A DNA stretch of 64,000 nt from Promethearchaeia archaeon (GTDB lineage: Archaea > Asgardarchaeota > Lokiarchaeia > Sigyniarchaeales > SOKP01): assembly GCA_029856155.1 (NCBI GenBank), contig JAHQWL010000040.1, forward strand, positions 125,032 to 189,031, given 5' to 3'. Shown here in pieces: positions 48,620 through 59,328 of this stretch; the first letter of the stretch is position 1, and every line of letters starts with the position of its first letter. The notes beneath the pieces are model-generated. The model did not search any database. It saw only the letters and a list, made by a program, of their open reading frames with translations, and had not been told where the DNA came from. The translations under genes were made by a program, and so were the position numbers.

Positions 48620-48700
48620 ACAATCAGCACTTAATCTTAACAAATTTTATGATTTTAATTGTATATATATTTTTTATTTATGGATCATCATAATATTTTA

Positions 48701-48728
48701 TTTTCGATCAATAAGAGTTGATCGAATG
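48701..48728. promoter_or_regulatory. Inverted repeat with 6-nt spacer between divergent genes (operator or dif-like site)
   Basis: TTCGATCAA-TAAGAG-TTGATCGAA, perfect 9-bp arms. Confidence 0.5.
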
Positions 48729-48846
48729 GTTTTAATTTAATCATTTTTTAAAATTCATATTAAGCAAAATTTACGTGCTTAACAAAAATAGAAATTATAT
48801 TATCAAATTAAAAAAATAAATAGGAATATTCTAAGAGGTTATACAT

Positions 48847-49164
48847 TTGGCTAAAGATAAGATTATTGGCGCAATTGTAATGATCGTTGGCATTTTAATC
48901 GCTATTATTTATACATTAGGGTCTGTTGTAGATCTCTACATGGAGGCTGTATTGGGTATTGCTGGTGGGATTGATCTTACTAATTGGTTTTTTGAACTGG
49001 ATTTGCTAAGTTGGGAACTCATGGTAGTTCTACCTATGTGGCTTTTAGTAATTTTAATTTCAATTATTGCAATTTGGATTGGATACAGTATGTTAACCAC
49101 ACCAGCACCAGTTCCACTTGAAGAATTGGAAGAGGAATTAGCTGCTGAAGAAGCTGAGGAATAA
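48847..49164 (+). CDS. Two-TM archaeal membrane protein with acidic tail
   Basis: KDKIIG...WIGYSMLTTPAP.PLEE. Confidence 0.7.
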   Translation: MAKDKIIGAIVMIVGILIAIIYTLGSVVDLYMEAVLGIAGGIDLTNWFFELDLLSWELMVVLPMWLLVILISIIAIWIGYSMLTTPAPVPLEELEEELAAEEAEE

Positions 49165-49279
49165 GTATTAACAAAATTTTTATTTTTTTTTCATTTTAAA
49201 TGTAAATAGAAGTTAATTTCACTTTTTTTAAATATAAAAAGCATGAATTATGATTATTTGATTCTTATATAAAATTTTT

Positions 49280-50392
49280 TTACACTAATATATCTCCTAA
49301 TTTATAGGCACTTATAGTTCCATCATCATGACAGCAAAAAAGGTACTTATTTTCTATAAGGAATTGAATCATATTTATACAAGATTTTTTTTTTTTATTA
49401 AATAATATTTTACCCGTTTTTTCTTCAATAATCATAAGATTCCCATTAGTAGTACCAGCAAAAATAAGAATTTTATCATTAATTACAAAAACTCTGAGAA
49501 CTTCAAAGTTGTATCCTTTTAATTCCCAAAGAATACCAATAGAATCATTTAAGCAAATTAGATTGGAGGTATAATCAATTTTTTCAATAGTTATAGATTG
49601 ATTAAAATGAGCAAATGAATAAGAACTAACAAGTACTTTTTTAAATTTTGGGAATGGGTAAGATACACATTTCCATACATAATCTTTGAATTCGTAAGTG
49701 TTTATTTCTTTTTTTGTTTTTTTATCAATGAAATGTAATTTCTTATCATCTCCACCACATATTATAATACAACCTCTAATTGAATTCAAATAAGAAACAC
49801 AGCGTATTTTATTTGAAAATCTTTTAAACCATAGTAGTTTTCCATCAATACTATTAAAACCTCTAATTGTTCCATCATTTCCGCATGCTAATATTATTTT
49901 TTTATCATCTGTATAGACTATTGCATCTCCTACACCATCTTCAAAAACTTGCCCCCATATTAAATTCCCGTCTAACGGATTCAAAACTCTTATTGTTTTA
50001 TCAAGAGAGAACACAATCAATTCACTAATATTATTATAGTCAATATCATTTATGAGAATTCCACTAATAGAGGCATTAAATTTATGGTCCCATAATAAGA
50101 CTAAATCATAGTTAGAATTACATTTAAATATTCTTAAAATTCCATCCATTCCACCTATAATTATTTCATTATTTCCATCATTGTCAATATCATATAATTT
50201 TATATGCCAAATTGGTAGATTTTTCGAAATAATTTTTTGGTGCATCTGCTTGCCATTTAGCGATAAAATTAGTAATGTTCCAGTTCTAGTATACGCAATT
50301 ATATCTATTTCCCCATTATTATTGATATCTCCTAATTCAATTCCAAGTATAGGTTCAATATATTTAAAATTCCAGATTTCTTTGACTTTCAT
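49280..50392 (-). CDS. Beta-propeller protein (FG-GAP/PQQ-like repeats)
   Basis: Repeated DI(N/D)NDG..EII and DG.L.W motifs. Confidence 0.75.
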   Translation of the reverse strand: MKVKEIWNFKYIEPILGIELGDINNNGEIDIIAYTRTGTLLILSLNGKQMHQKIISKNLPIWHIKLYDIDNDGNNEIIIGGMDGILRIFKCNSNYDLVLLWDHKFNASISGILINDIDYNNISELIVFSLDKTIRVLNPLDGNLIWGQVFEDGVGDAIVYTDDKKIILACGNDGTIRGFNSIDGKLLWFKRFSNKIRCVSYLNSIRGCIIICGGDDKKLHFIDKKTKKEINTYEFKDYVWKCVSYPFPKFKKVLVSSYSFAHFNQSITIEKIDYTSNLICLNDSIGILWELKGYNFEVLRVFVINDKILIFAGTTNGNLMIIEEKTGKILFNKKKKSCINMIQFLIENKYLFCCHDDGTISAYKLGDILV

Positions 50393-50572
50393 GTTAAAAT
50401 GACAATTTTATGTTAAAATATTTAATTTAAATTTAAAAAATAATAAATTGTTGATAATTTTTCTTAATAAAAACGAAATTTATATTTTTTATATTATTAT
50501 CAAAGTTAGGATTATTATAAAATAATCAAAAATGTTGAAATAAGAATTAAGAACAGAAAGGAGTAAAAAACA

Positions 50573-50770
50573 ATGTCCTTTGACATAAAAATAGATAAAG
50601 ATGCTTGCACCGGTTGTGGTACATGCTACGAAGTATGCCCTTCCGAATGCTTTGGTGAACCTGAAGGAGGCAAAGTAAACGTTTTAGAAGAAAACAGAGA
50701 AGACTGTGTTGGTTGTAGAGCTTGTGAAACCCAATGTCCTGAGGAAGCAATAGAGATTATAGAAAATTAA
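50573..50770 (+). CDS. 2x[4Fe-4S] ferredoxin
   Basis: CTGCGTCYEVCP and CVGCRACETQCP. Confidence 0.93.
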   Translation: MSFDIKIDKDACTGCGTCYEVCPSECFGEPEGGKVNVLEENREDCVGCRACETQCPEEAIEIIEN

Positions 50771-51006
50771 ATTTTCTGAACAAGAAGTTATATTTTCTTT
50801 TTTTTATTTTTTCTTTCTAATTTGTCTTTAAAATATATTTCAGTGTATTGAAATATAATAATTTATTTTATAAATTTTTTAATTAAAATATCGCATATCA
50901 AATCCAATTATAATAATAATTAATAATAATATGAAAATTATAAATAAGAGAAATTAAATGTCAATGAAAAAAGTGTATGAGTATCATTAAAAATTAAAAA
51001 AAAGAT

Positions 51007-52134
51007 TTACCATAATAGAATTCTACCACATTTTTTGCATGTCCCCTCATTTACTTGACTATTAATACAGTTTTCATGATATGGAGCTTTACATGCTTGA
51101 CAGACAAATATTTTTCCCTTATTTTCAGTAAAATCATAACCACAATAAATGCATTTACTCAAAAATGAAAAATCAGGACTATTTCCATTTACTTCATTTA
51201 TTTGAGATGTTTCGGTCAATCCAGTTCCTCCTGAAGCGGGTGTTAAGTAGTCAGTTTGTTGAGGAGGTAAAATCCATTGTTCCTCTAAAGGAAGTTGATA
51301 ATCATTCTGTTGTGATTGAGGAGATTGCCAATCAGAGACATATTGTGGTGGTGTTTTTTTTGAAATTCCCATTTTTTGGGAGATTTTCTCATCTAATATA
51401 TTTGTTAAAATCAAAGCAGAGGCATATTTACCTTTAGCTCCACCTTTCTGTAAATGTGTATGACTAATCATATGAATTACTCGACCCCCCTTTTTTCCAT
51501 AATCAAACTCTACTAGAACAGGAGACTCTCCCCACTTATTTTGAATTTCCAATGAACCAATTAGCACTCTAACAGTTTGATGGTTTATAATTTGTATAGG
51601 AAAAGATCTTGTTTCAAGCCACCAGCGAAATTCACTTTTTTTTGTATTTTTAACTGTTTGTTTTTGCCACTTACTTTGTTGAATTTCACTTAATACTCCT
51701 TCTAAGAAGGGGTGATTTGGATCAATAATTTGGCAAGCTACTACAGCATCAGCTGTCTTTGCACGATTCCAACGTATATAACCTGGAAAAATATTTTCTA
51801 TTATACTACGTAGAGCCCAATCAGTTGTGATCAACCATCCACCATTCAATACAAAATCTCTAACTTTTGGATGAGAGGCATATGGGATATCACTTCCTGG
51901 ACATCCAATAAGTACTACATCATAAAGCATGAGATCTTCTTTCATAAATTCTCTCTCTCTGATCACTTTTTTTAATGATGCATACATATGCTCGATTACT
52001 TTCTTAGGTTTTTCATATCTTCCCGTAACAGCTAAGATTTTTCCATGTTTTTCAACAGCTTGTACTACTTCTTTTTTATCTAGTGCTTCCATTTTCCGCT
52101 TCTTTACTTCTGAATATAAATCTTTCCAACTCAT
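51007..52134 (-). CDS. Glutamine-amidotransferase-like fold protein with C-terminal RING/PHD-like finger
   Basis: FVLNGGWLITTDWA; Q/P-rich linker; CxxC...CxxC...HxxC...CxxC. Confidence 0.65.
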   Translation of the reverse strand: MSWKDLYSEVKKRKMEALDKKEVVQAVEKHGKILAVTGRYEKPKKVIEHMYASLKKVIREREFMKEDLMLYDVVLIGCPGSDIPYASHPKVRDFVLNGGWLITTDWALRSIIENIFPGYIRWNRAKTADAVVACQIIDPNHPFLEGVLSEIQQSKWQKQTVKNTKKSEFRWWLETRSFPIQIINHQTVRVLIGSLEIQNKWGESPVLVEFDYGKKGGRVIHMISHTHLQKGGAKGKYASALILTNILDEKISQKMGISKKTPPQYVSDWQSPQSQQNDYQLPLEEQWILPPQQTDYLTPASGGTGLTETSQINEVNGNSPDFSFLSKCIYCGYDFTENKGKIFVCQACKAPYHENCINSQVNEGTCKKCGRILLW

Positions 52135-52230
52135 TTGATAAGCCTTTAAATAAAGTTATAAGGAATTTAGTGTTATTTTATAATTATCATAAATGAAATA
52201 ATATATATATTTTGATTAAAAGGGATAATA

Positions 52231-53727
52231 TTGCTAAATTTAAAAGATTTAGGGCAACCTTCTGAATTTTGGGAATATTTCGAAAAAGTTTCTAAAATTC
52301 CTCGATGCTCTGAGCATGAAGAGAAAATTCGAATCTTCATAAAGGAGGAATCAGAGAGATTAGGTTTTAAGAATAAGATTGATTCTACTGGAAACCTAGT
52401 AATCAGTATCCCACCAAAAACAAAAAAAGCAACAAAAAGTGTTTTACAATGCCATATGGATATGGTATGCGAAAAGAATGAATCTATAATTCATGATTTT
52501 TCAAGAGATCCATTGAAATTAAAAATCGAAGAAATAGAAAACGAAAAATGGCTTACAGCTGAAGGTACTACGTTAGGAGCGGATAATGGAGTAGGAATAT
52601 GTTATATGTTGACTCTAATGAAAAAAATACAGCAGGGAGAATTAGAATTTAATTCCATGGAATTGGATCTACTATTTACTATTGATGAGGAACAAGGTTT
52701 ACGAGGTGCATTTAATATTGATAAAAATTTTATAGATGGAAATTTTCTGATAAACCTTGATTCAGAAGAGGATGATGCGGTAACTATAGGATGCGCTGGG
52801 GGTCTAGTTCATTTCATTGAAATAAAAAAAGATACAATAGATTTAAGTCAAGAGCTTGAAAGTTTCATACCAATAAAGATTTTTATTTCTGGGTTATTAG
52901 GAGGACATTCAGGGGTAGATATTCATTTAGGGAGAGGAAATGCTTTGAAAATCATTGGTCAGCTTCTTTGGAAATTAAATCAAGAATTTTTGATTCATTT
53001 TTGCTCAATAGAAGGAGGTAATAGAACTAATGCCATACCTAGAGAAGTAAAGGCAATCTTTTATATCGAAAAAAATAGATCCTCGGAGATATTATCTTTT
53101 ATAAAGAACAACTTTAATGATATAAAAGTAGTTTTTGATGGGATTGAACCGAATTTAGTTTTATCAATTGAAAAATTAGAAGATTATAACCTTAGTAATG
53201 TATTATCAAAAAAAATTCAAGATAAATTATTAGATATAATGTACCTTATTCCAAATGGACCTATTTCGATGCATCCTCAAATTGAGGGCTTAGTATTTAC
53301 ATCATCTAATTTTGGGACAATAAAGACCAAGGAAAAAGATATAGAAATCAAGTTAAGCCAAAGAAGTTTAAGTGAATATTTTAAAAATGTAATATGGGAA
53401 AAAACCAAAACTCTATTAGAAATGAGTGAATTAGAAATCAATATAAAAAAAGATTCTGATTACCCCGGATGGACACCAAATTTTCAATCCAAACTGTTAA
53501 CAAAATGCAAGGAAACATATAATGAATTATTTAATGAAGACATAAAAATTAAAGCTATTCATGCTGGTTTAGAGTGTGGAATTCTTAAAAAGAAGTTTCC
53601 TCAAATAGAAATGATTTCAATAGGCCCTAAAAATGAAGGTGCACATTCACCAGATGAGCGATTACTTATTAAATCTATAGAAAAGGTTTGGAATATCTTA
53701 ATTAGTTTACTAAGAAATTTGTGTTAA
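52231..53727 (+). CDS. pepD: Aminoacyl-histidine dipeptidase (M20C)
   Basis: LQCHMDMV, TTLGADNG, DEE, NLDSE, GGHSG, IHAGLECG, HSPDE. Confidence 0.93.
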   Translation: MLNLKDLGQPSEFWEYFEKVSKIPRCSEHEEKIRIFIKEESERLGFKNKIDSTGNLVISIPPKTKKATKSVLQCHMDMVCEKNESIIHDFSRDPLKLKIEEIENEKWLTAEGTTLGADNGVGICYMLTLMKKIQQGELEFNSMELDLLFTIDEEQGLRGAFNIDKNFIDGNFLINLDSEEDDAVTIGCAGGLVHFIEIKKDTIDLSQELESFIPIKIFISGLLGGHSGVDIHLGRGNALKIIGQLLWKLNQEFLIHFCSIEGGNRTNAIPREVKAIFYIEKNRSSEILSFIKNNFNDIKVVFDGIEPNLVLSIEKLEDYNLSNVLSKKIQDKLLDIMYLIPNGPISMHPQIEGLVFTSSNFGTIKTKEKDIEIKLSQRSLSEYFKNVIWEKTKTLLEMSELEINIKKDSDYPGWTPNFQSKLLTKCKETYNELFNEDIKIKAIHAGLECGILKKKFPQIEMISIGPKNEGAHSPDERLLIKSIEKVWNILISLLRNLC

Positions 53728-53796
53728 ATTATAAGAATCAATAAAAGACTCTATGAAAAACTTAATAAATTTAATTTAATAATTATTTCATAGTTT

Positions 53797-54303
53797 ATGC
53801 AAAAAGATACATCTATAAAAGAGGACATAATTGGCTCAGAAACAGTTTTAGAAAAAATTAAAAGTAGAACTCCTTGGATTTTTGGAAAATCATTAAGAAA
53901 ACCCAAAATTGGTTTCCCTAAATTGAGACTTCCAAGAATTTCTCTTCCGATGCCATCAAGATCTTTGAGTGTGATAAGTATTTTAATAATTTTGTTCGTC
54001 CTTCAGACAGGGGTTGTTTATTTAATGGTTCGAGAACCTCCTGCTCTAGGATCTAATTCTGCTGGAGACCCCATTTTTATTTATAGTGATGTTCATGAAA
54101 GTTTTATTATTGAAGGTATTGTAGCATCAATATTGATTATTTTTTGTTCAATGGGATTTATTTTATTATATCAAGCATCTAAATATGTATATAATAAAAA
54201 AATGGCAGTATGGATTTTACTAATTGGAGTGGTAATGATTATTATAACTTTTATTTTACTCGAATATATGTTATCTGTGAAGATGGGAACATTATTAAAT
54301 TGA
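53797..54303 (+). CDS. OST3/OST6 (DC2/OSTC-like) oligosaccharyltransferase subunit homologue
   Basis: GVVY...EPPALG...FIIEGIVAS; three TM helices. Confidence 0.68.
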   Translation: MQKDTSIKEDIIGSETVLEKIKSRTPWIFGKSLRKPKIGFPKLRLPRISLPMPSRSLSVISILIILFVLQTGVVYLMVREPPALGSNSAGDPIFIYSDVHESFIIEGIVASILIIFCSMGFILLYQASKYVYNKKMAVWILLIGVVMIIITFILLEYMLSVKMGTLLN

Positions 54304-54416
54304 TATTCAAATACTAGCACCTTTAATATAATTTAACCTCATTATTCAATGATATATCTATTAATAAAAAAAAGAAAAAAGTATTTTAAAAAAATAAAAA
54401 TTAAAAGTATTTTTGG

Positions 54417-54809
54417 TTATTGTGCAAAACTTTTATATGCTCCTTCGTCTAGTAAGTTGCCTTTTTCAGCTTCCCAGTTTGATGGCTCTATTTTAAATAA
54501 CCAAGCAGAGTAAGCATCTTCGTTAATTTTTTCTGGCTCATCCATCAAATCTGAATTAACCTCAATGACTTTACCACTTACGGGTGAGTAAATATCACCA
54601 ACCGCTTTACTTGATTCAACTGTACAATCAATTGGATCGCTTGAAGGTTCCTCTCCATCCATTTTAACTTGTTCAAGTTCAGCGCCTTCAAGACCTTCTA
54701 CATCAACAAAGCTAATTTCTCCAAGCTGCTCTGCTGCGAAAGGTGAAATTCCAACCATTTTTGTCGAATCATCAAACCATTGATGTGTTTTAGTAAACCA
54801 TTTAGCCAT
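54417..54809 (-). CDS. gcvH: Glycine cleavage H / lipoyl carrier protein
   Basis: THQW, VGIS..A...LG, VESSKA (lipoyl Lys), [11 protein letters not shown]. Confidence 0.9.
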   Translation of the reverse strand: MAKWFTKTHQWFDDSTKMVGISPFAAEQLGEISFVDVEGLEGAELEQVKMDGEEPSSDPIDCTVESSKAVGDIYSPVSGKVIEVNSDLMDEPEKINEDAYSAWLFKIEPSNWEAEKGNLLDEGAYKSFAQ

Positions 54810-54938
54810 TTTTATCTAACACCTTTTTAAAAAATTTATGAATTTTAATAATATTGAATTAAATAGTATGTTTTAATTAATTAAGGTAATAATTTAAAAT
54901 TTTATTATTGATTTTTTCAATTACATAATTTAGAAAAT

Positions 54939-55766
54939 ATGGATTCTAAGTTAAAAGATCAACTAAATTTCTATACTGAATTTAAACATTGGTATATTCA
55001 AATAAGAAAGGATTTTAATTTTGACCTTCAAAAGGATTACGAAGCCCGTGATTATCTTTCCCTAGTTCTCTTTAATAAGCATGAAAATTGGCAATTGGAA
55101 AATGTTTTAAATTCATTTAAAGAGAGGATTTTATCAAAACAAGCCCTTCTAGTGTATGGATGCGGTCCATCGTTGGAAAAAACTGTTGATGTAATTTGGA
55201 GGCAAAAAGGAATTAGTTTTTTTAAAAATTTCATTAATTTAACTGCAGACGGCGCTTCAGTTTTATTAAGAGAAAAAGGAATTAACGTTGATGCAATCTT
55301 CACAGATTTAGACGGAATTACTAAAAATGAATTTAAATATGCAAGTTTTAATATCGTTCATGCTCATGGCGATAATATTGAGAGATTAAAGTTTTTTGAG
55401 AGTGAAATCATATCATTCGAAAACGTTATAGGAACAACCCAAGTAGAACCAGTTACAAATATAATAAATACAGGCGGATTTACAGATGGAGATCGAATCT
55501 TCTTTTTTTTACGTCCTTTATTATTATCATTTCATAACTTATTTCTTATAGGAATGGATTTTGGAAGTATCATTGGGAAGTATTCTAAATTAGAGGTAAA
55601 TAGAAATCAAGATGCAAACACTATTAAAAAAAAAAAACTTCTATACGCCATGAAATTAATAAAATGGCTAAAAAAAAAGATTAAAAATAAAATATATTTT
55701 GTTAATTCTGAGTGTATATCTAAAGATTTTGAAAATCTCTCAATAGAGGAATTCTTAAATTTCTAA
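54939..55766 (+). CDS. mptE: 6-hydroxymethylpterin diphosphokinase, MptE-like
   Basis: GCGPSL, ADGA, TDLDG, HAHGDN, GGFTDGDR. Confidence 0.85.
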   Translation: MDSKLKDQLNFYTEFKHWYIQIRKDFNFDLQKDYEARDYLSLVLFNKHENWQLENVLNSFKERILSKQALLVYGCGPSLEKTVDVIWRQKGISFFKNFINLTADGASVLLREKGINVDAIFTDLDGITKNEFKYASFNIVHAHGDNIERLKFFESEIISFENVIGTTQVEPVTNIINTGGFTDGDRIFFFLRPLLLSFHNLFLIGMDFGSIIGKYSKLEVNRNQDANTIKKKKLLYAMKLIKWLKKKIKNKIYFVNSECISKDFENLSIEEFLNF

Positions 55767-55776
55767 TACTGCAAAA

Positions 55777-56607
55777 TTAAATTTTGTAATCTTGGATTCC
55801 CAAAGAAGTTATTTTGTATAGCAATCTTTTTTCAGGAAGAGTTATAGAATTTACTAATTGAACATATCTTTGATTATGTTCTTTATAATCTAAGTACACA
55901 TATTCTGAAAAGAAATGGTTTAACAAATGGTTACCAACGGGTAACACTTTTATCGAAGTATCTTTAATTAAATTAGAAGTTACTTGTGCTGTTGCTATAG
56001 TGATTAAATTAAACTTCATAGTGAGTTCGTTAATTGTAGTTAAAATCCTCATAAAAATATCTTTAGTTTTATTTGTAGAAATCTTTTTATTTGCAATTTC
56101 AGAATTAAAATGGTTATTTATAGTGTCAATAATTAATACATTAATATCATGCTTTTCCAGAAGGCTCTCTAATTCCTGCAATGATAATAAGAGAGCAGAA
56201 TTACTCATAATTTTGGACACAAAAATATTTTTAAGTAATTTGTTATAATCAACTTCTCGCGACATTATGAGTTCATTTAACCGTTCTGGGCGGAAAGTAT
56301 TCTCTGTATCAAAATAAAATATAAGATGTTTATTTAATATTTGAGATCTTTCATTTAAACGAGATGATTGAAAATAGGCTTGAACACATAATTGATGACA
56401 CAATTGAGTCTTACCCGTTTTGTTTCCTCCAAAAATCAAATATTTCTTACCTTGGTAAAAACCACCTCCTATTGTTTCATCAAAATTTTTGGCTCCTGAG
56501 GGTATATTGTATTGTAATTTTTTCAAAAATTGAAAATCCTTTAGAAGTTCTTTTGTTTTAACAATTTGATGCTTATCGATTTCTAATACTTCATTAATAC
56601 TTATCAT
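55777..56607 (-). CDS. RadA/Rad51-family paralogue lacking the N-terminal domain
   Basis: GGNKTGKTQLCHQLCV, DTENTFRPERL, LIID. Confidence 0.85.
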   Translation of the reverse strand: MISINEVLEIDKHQIVKTKELLKDFQFLKKLQYNIPSGAKNFDETIGGGFYQGKKYLIFGGNKTGKTQLCHQLCVQAYFQSSRLNERSQILNKHLIFYFDTENTFRPERLNELIMSREVDYNKLLKNIFVSKIMSNSALLLSLQELESLLEKHDINVLIIDTINNHFNSEIANKKISTNKTKDIFMRILTTINELTMKFNLITIATAQVTSNLIKDTSIKVLPVGNHLLNHFFSEYVYLDYKEHNQRYVQLVNSITLPEKRLLYKITSLGIQDYKI

Positions 56608-56796
56608 TATTTATGATTGAACTTTTTAGTTTAAACACAATTCGAAATTATTAATATAAAATAAGCTACTTAATTATATTAAATCTGAAGAAAAACGAAA
56701 AATTATTTTTAAAATATTCATAAAGATAGGATCATAGTACTAATAATTTTATGAAATTAAATTAACTCTTCAAAATATTTCTAAAAGACTATTAAA

Positions 56797-57408
56797 ATGG
56801 CAAAAAAAAAAAGAGAAGTATGCCCTTATTGTGGTAAAAGTTTTGCTTATTTATCCCGACATAAATGCAAGATTAAAGAGCGTGTTGAAGGCCCTTTAGA
56901 AGAAAAATCTAATGTTGAGAGAAGAATTGAAAGAATTGAGGAAAAAAAAAAGGAATTTAAACGGAATTTACGAAAAGATGAAAAACTAATTCTCAATATT
57001 ATAAACAGGGAAAAAGATATCTTATTTAACAGACTTAAGGAACTTAGTAATAAAGAGCGAAATGATTTAGAAGAAATTTTAGAATTATTAGTGTTGCAGT
57101 CAAAAATAAAAATGAACCGAGAATTGGTTGATGCCTCATGGACGAAACATATTTATGCTCTTGAAGAAATTGATGTGAAAGTAAAAGATCTTAAAATTAA
57201 TAAAAACAGAAAAGATTTCATTTGGAATATGTTTTCTAGACAACCATGCTTTATTTGTCCTTTTCGAGATAAATGCAATGAAACCAATTTAGACCAGTTT
57301 AATCCTCAGCATTGTCCATGGTTAACTGAATGGATTGAAATAACTTCAAAAGGAGAAGAGTATAACATAAACTTTGGTGAAATTGAAGCAAGAATGCAAG
57401 ATGTATAA
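56797..57408 (+). CDS. TFE-beta / RPC34-like protein with N-terminal Zn finger
   Basis: CPYCGK...HKC; winged-helix-sized core; PCFICP...C...NPQHCPWLTEW cluster motif. Confidence 0.65.
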   Translation: MAKKKREVCPYCGKSFAYLSRHKCKIKERVEGPLEEKSNVERRIERIEEKKKEFKRNLRKDEKLILNIINREKDILFNRLKELSNKERNDLEEILELLVLQSKIKMNRELVDASWTKHIYALEEIDVKVKDLKINKNRKDFIWNMFSRQPCFICPFRDKCNETNLDQFNPQHCPWLTEWIEITSKGEEYNINFGEIEARMQDV

Positions 57409-58044
57409 TTATTTTTTTTGTAAACCAATTAGATAAATTTCATTACTTTTTTTTTTAGAAGCTTTTGGTTTATAAGATTTTAAAAATCTAAATAGCAATT
57501 TCATTTCTTTCGCAAATTTATCGAAATCAGACCCTTGGAAAGCTTTAATAATAGCATTACCTTTATATTTTAGATTGTTCTTTACAATTCCTAATATACT
57601 ATAACAGAGTTTAAGTTGTCTAATGTGATCTGTGAATTTATTGCCAATCTTTTTAATAGATGCATCTGATAAGATTAGATCTAATTTAGCTCGAAAGTAA
57701 GAATCAATTTGCTTTTGGATTTCAAGCTTAGTAAGATCTGCTTTAATGGTGCTAACATTTTCGATTGGTGATACTTTCTTAATATCAATACCAATTATTT
57801 TGTAATGATCACGATAATAGAATTGATCTTTATATTTTTCTAAATTTTCTTCAGCAAATTTTTTAGCTACTTGCAACCATGAACCAGGAGCGCATCCTAA
57901 ATCTAATATATAAAAAGCTCTTTTAAAGATATTAAATCGTTTTTGAATGTCGAACAATTTATATGCAGATCTTGCACGGTAACCTTCTTTTTTTGATTGC
58001 TTGTAGAACGGTTCTTGTTTATGCCACTCTCTTTTATTTGTCAT
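57409..58044 (-). CDS. rlmE: 23S rRNA 2'-O-methyltransferase RlmE/FtsJ
   Basis: GYRARSAYKL, DLGCAPGSW, LSD, KPKASKKKSNEIY. Confidence 0.92.
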   Translation of the reverse strand: MTNKREWHKQEPFYKQSKKEGYRARSAYKLFDIQKRFNIFKRAFYILDLGCAPGSWLQVAKKFAEENLEKYKDQFYYRDHYKIIGIDIKKVSPIENVSTIKADLTKLEIQKQIDSYFRAKLDLILSDASIKKIGNKFTDHIRQLKLCYSILGIVKNNLKYKGNAIIKAFQGSDFDKFAKEMKLLFRFLKSYKPKASKKKSNEIYLIGLQKK

Positions 58045-58057
58045 TTTAAATCGATAT

Positions 58058-59278
58058 TTATTCCTGTAATTTATATATAATCTCTTTTATAGTAGGTAAA
58101 TCCAAATCACTTTTTATTGATAAAAAATCAAAATGTGTCCTCGAACACCGATATCCCATTTCTTTAATTTTATCAATTATAACTTCTATTTTCGGAATGG
58201 AGGGAAGTTTTAAACTTTGACATAATTTATGAACGTTATAATAAGAAATAGGCATATTATTTTCTTCAATGGCAAGAGTTAAGAGTTTTTCTATTCTTTT
58301 TTTATTGGGAGATTTAAGATTTCTATTTAAAATAAGTATCTTTTGAATAAAGCTAACATCATGAATTTTACCAATCCATAAAGGTCCAGCATAATCAAGA
58401 ACACCTTTATTATTACATGTTGGACATTCTTTAGGCAAATCTAAAATATTATTTCTAAATGCTGAACGGTAACCACAATTATTACAATGTATAATATAAC
58501 CGAATTTTTCAAAAAAACTAGAAATTTTCTTCTTATTTTTAAATGATAGACACAAAAATCTAATAAAATGGTGAGAGTAGAAAGTTAAAAGGGGAATTAT
58601 TCCTATTTTATTAATATTTGCGATTCGAGAAACGAAGTATATTAAAATACGTGCTCCAATTTCTTTACAATACTCAGTATGCAGAGGTTTTGCTAAATAT
58701 TTCCTGATACATGCATTCGGCCGTACTCCAAATAAGACAGCTGTATCTGTAGCTGTAATACACATTAACCCATTTACCTTTTCTATTGTTTTAAAGGTAG
58801 AGTCCATATAAAGATTGGGTGTTCCAAATGGATCAATTGAAATTATATTTGGTTTTTTGTGTATTTCATCTGAGTTATTTGCAATTTCAGAAAAAAGTAA
58901 ATTTGCGTCCTTATTTGTCACTTTAATTTGCCTAGGATCCTTATCTAAATTATTTAATCTAATATTTTTCTTAATTAGTTTAACTGCTTCAGGATTAATA
59001 TCATTAATAAAGATCTTTTTTATTCTTGTACACTCTTTTAAAATTCTAATAGCACTTAATCCTGATGCTGCCATAGAATCTACAATTATTAACTCATCTT
59101 TTTTAAATAAATCCCTATATGCATTAATAGCTAACGTTGAAATGTCACGATTTATCTCCATTCTCTTATTATAAAAAACATTCATTGATTTCGAAGGGAT
59201 TGATCCGTTATCAATAGTATGAATGTAAAATTCTATTAATCCTTCCTTAATTAAAGTTAGAGCTTTTTTTTTCATCAT
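58058..59278 (-). CDS. trm1: tRNA (guanine-26,N2) dimethyltransferase
   Basis: VFYN..M..NRD, NDIN, IDPFGTP, TATD, GPLWIG. Confidence 0.92.
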   Translation of the reverse strand: MMKKKALTLIKEGLIEFYIHTIDNGSIPSKSMNVFYNKRMEINRDISTLAINAYRDLFKKDELIIVDSMAASGLSAIRILKECTRIKKIFINDINPEAVKLIKKNIRLNNLDKDPRQIKVTNKDANLLFSEIANNSDEIHKKPNIISIDPFGTPNLYMDSTFKTIEKVNGLMCITATDTAVLFGVRPNACIRKYLAKPLHTEYCKEIGARILIYFVSRIANINKIGIIPLLTFYSHHFIRFLCLSFKNKKKISSFFEKFGYIIHCNNCGYRSAFRNNILDLPKECPTCNNKGVLDYAGPLWIGKIHDVSFIQKILILNRNLKSPNKKRIEKLLTLAIEENNMPISYYNVHKLCQSLKLPSIPKIEVIIDKIKEMGYRCSRTHFDFLSIKSDLDLPTIKEIIYKLQE

Positions 59279-59328
59279 TCTATATTAAGATATATAGTTC
59301 AGATATAACTAAAGTATTCTTGCGACTA

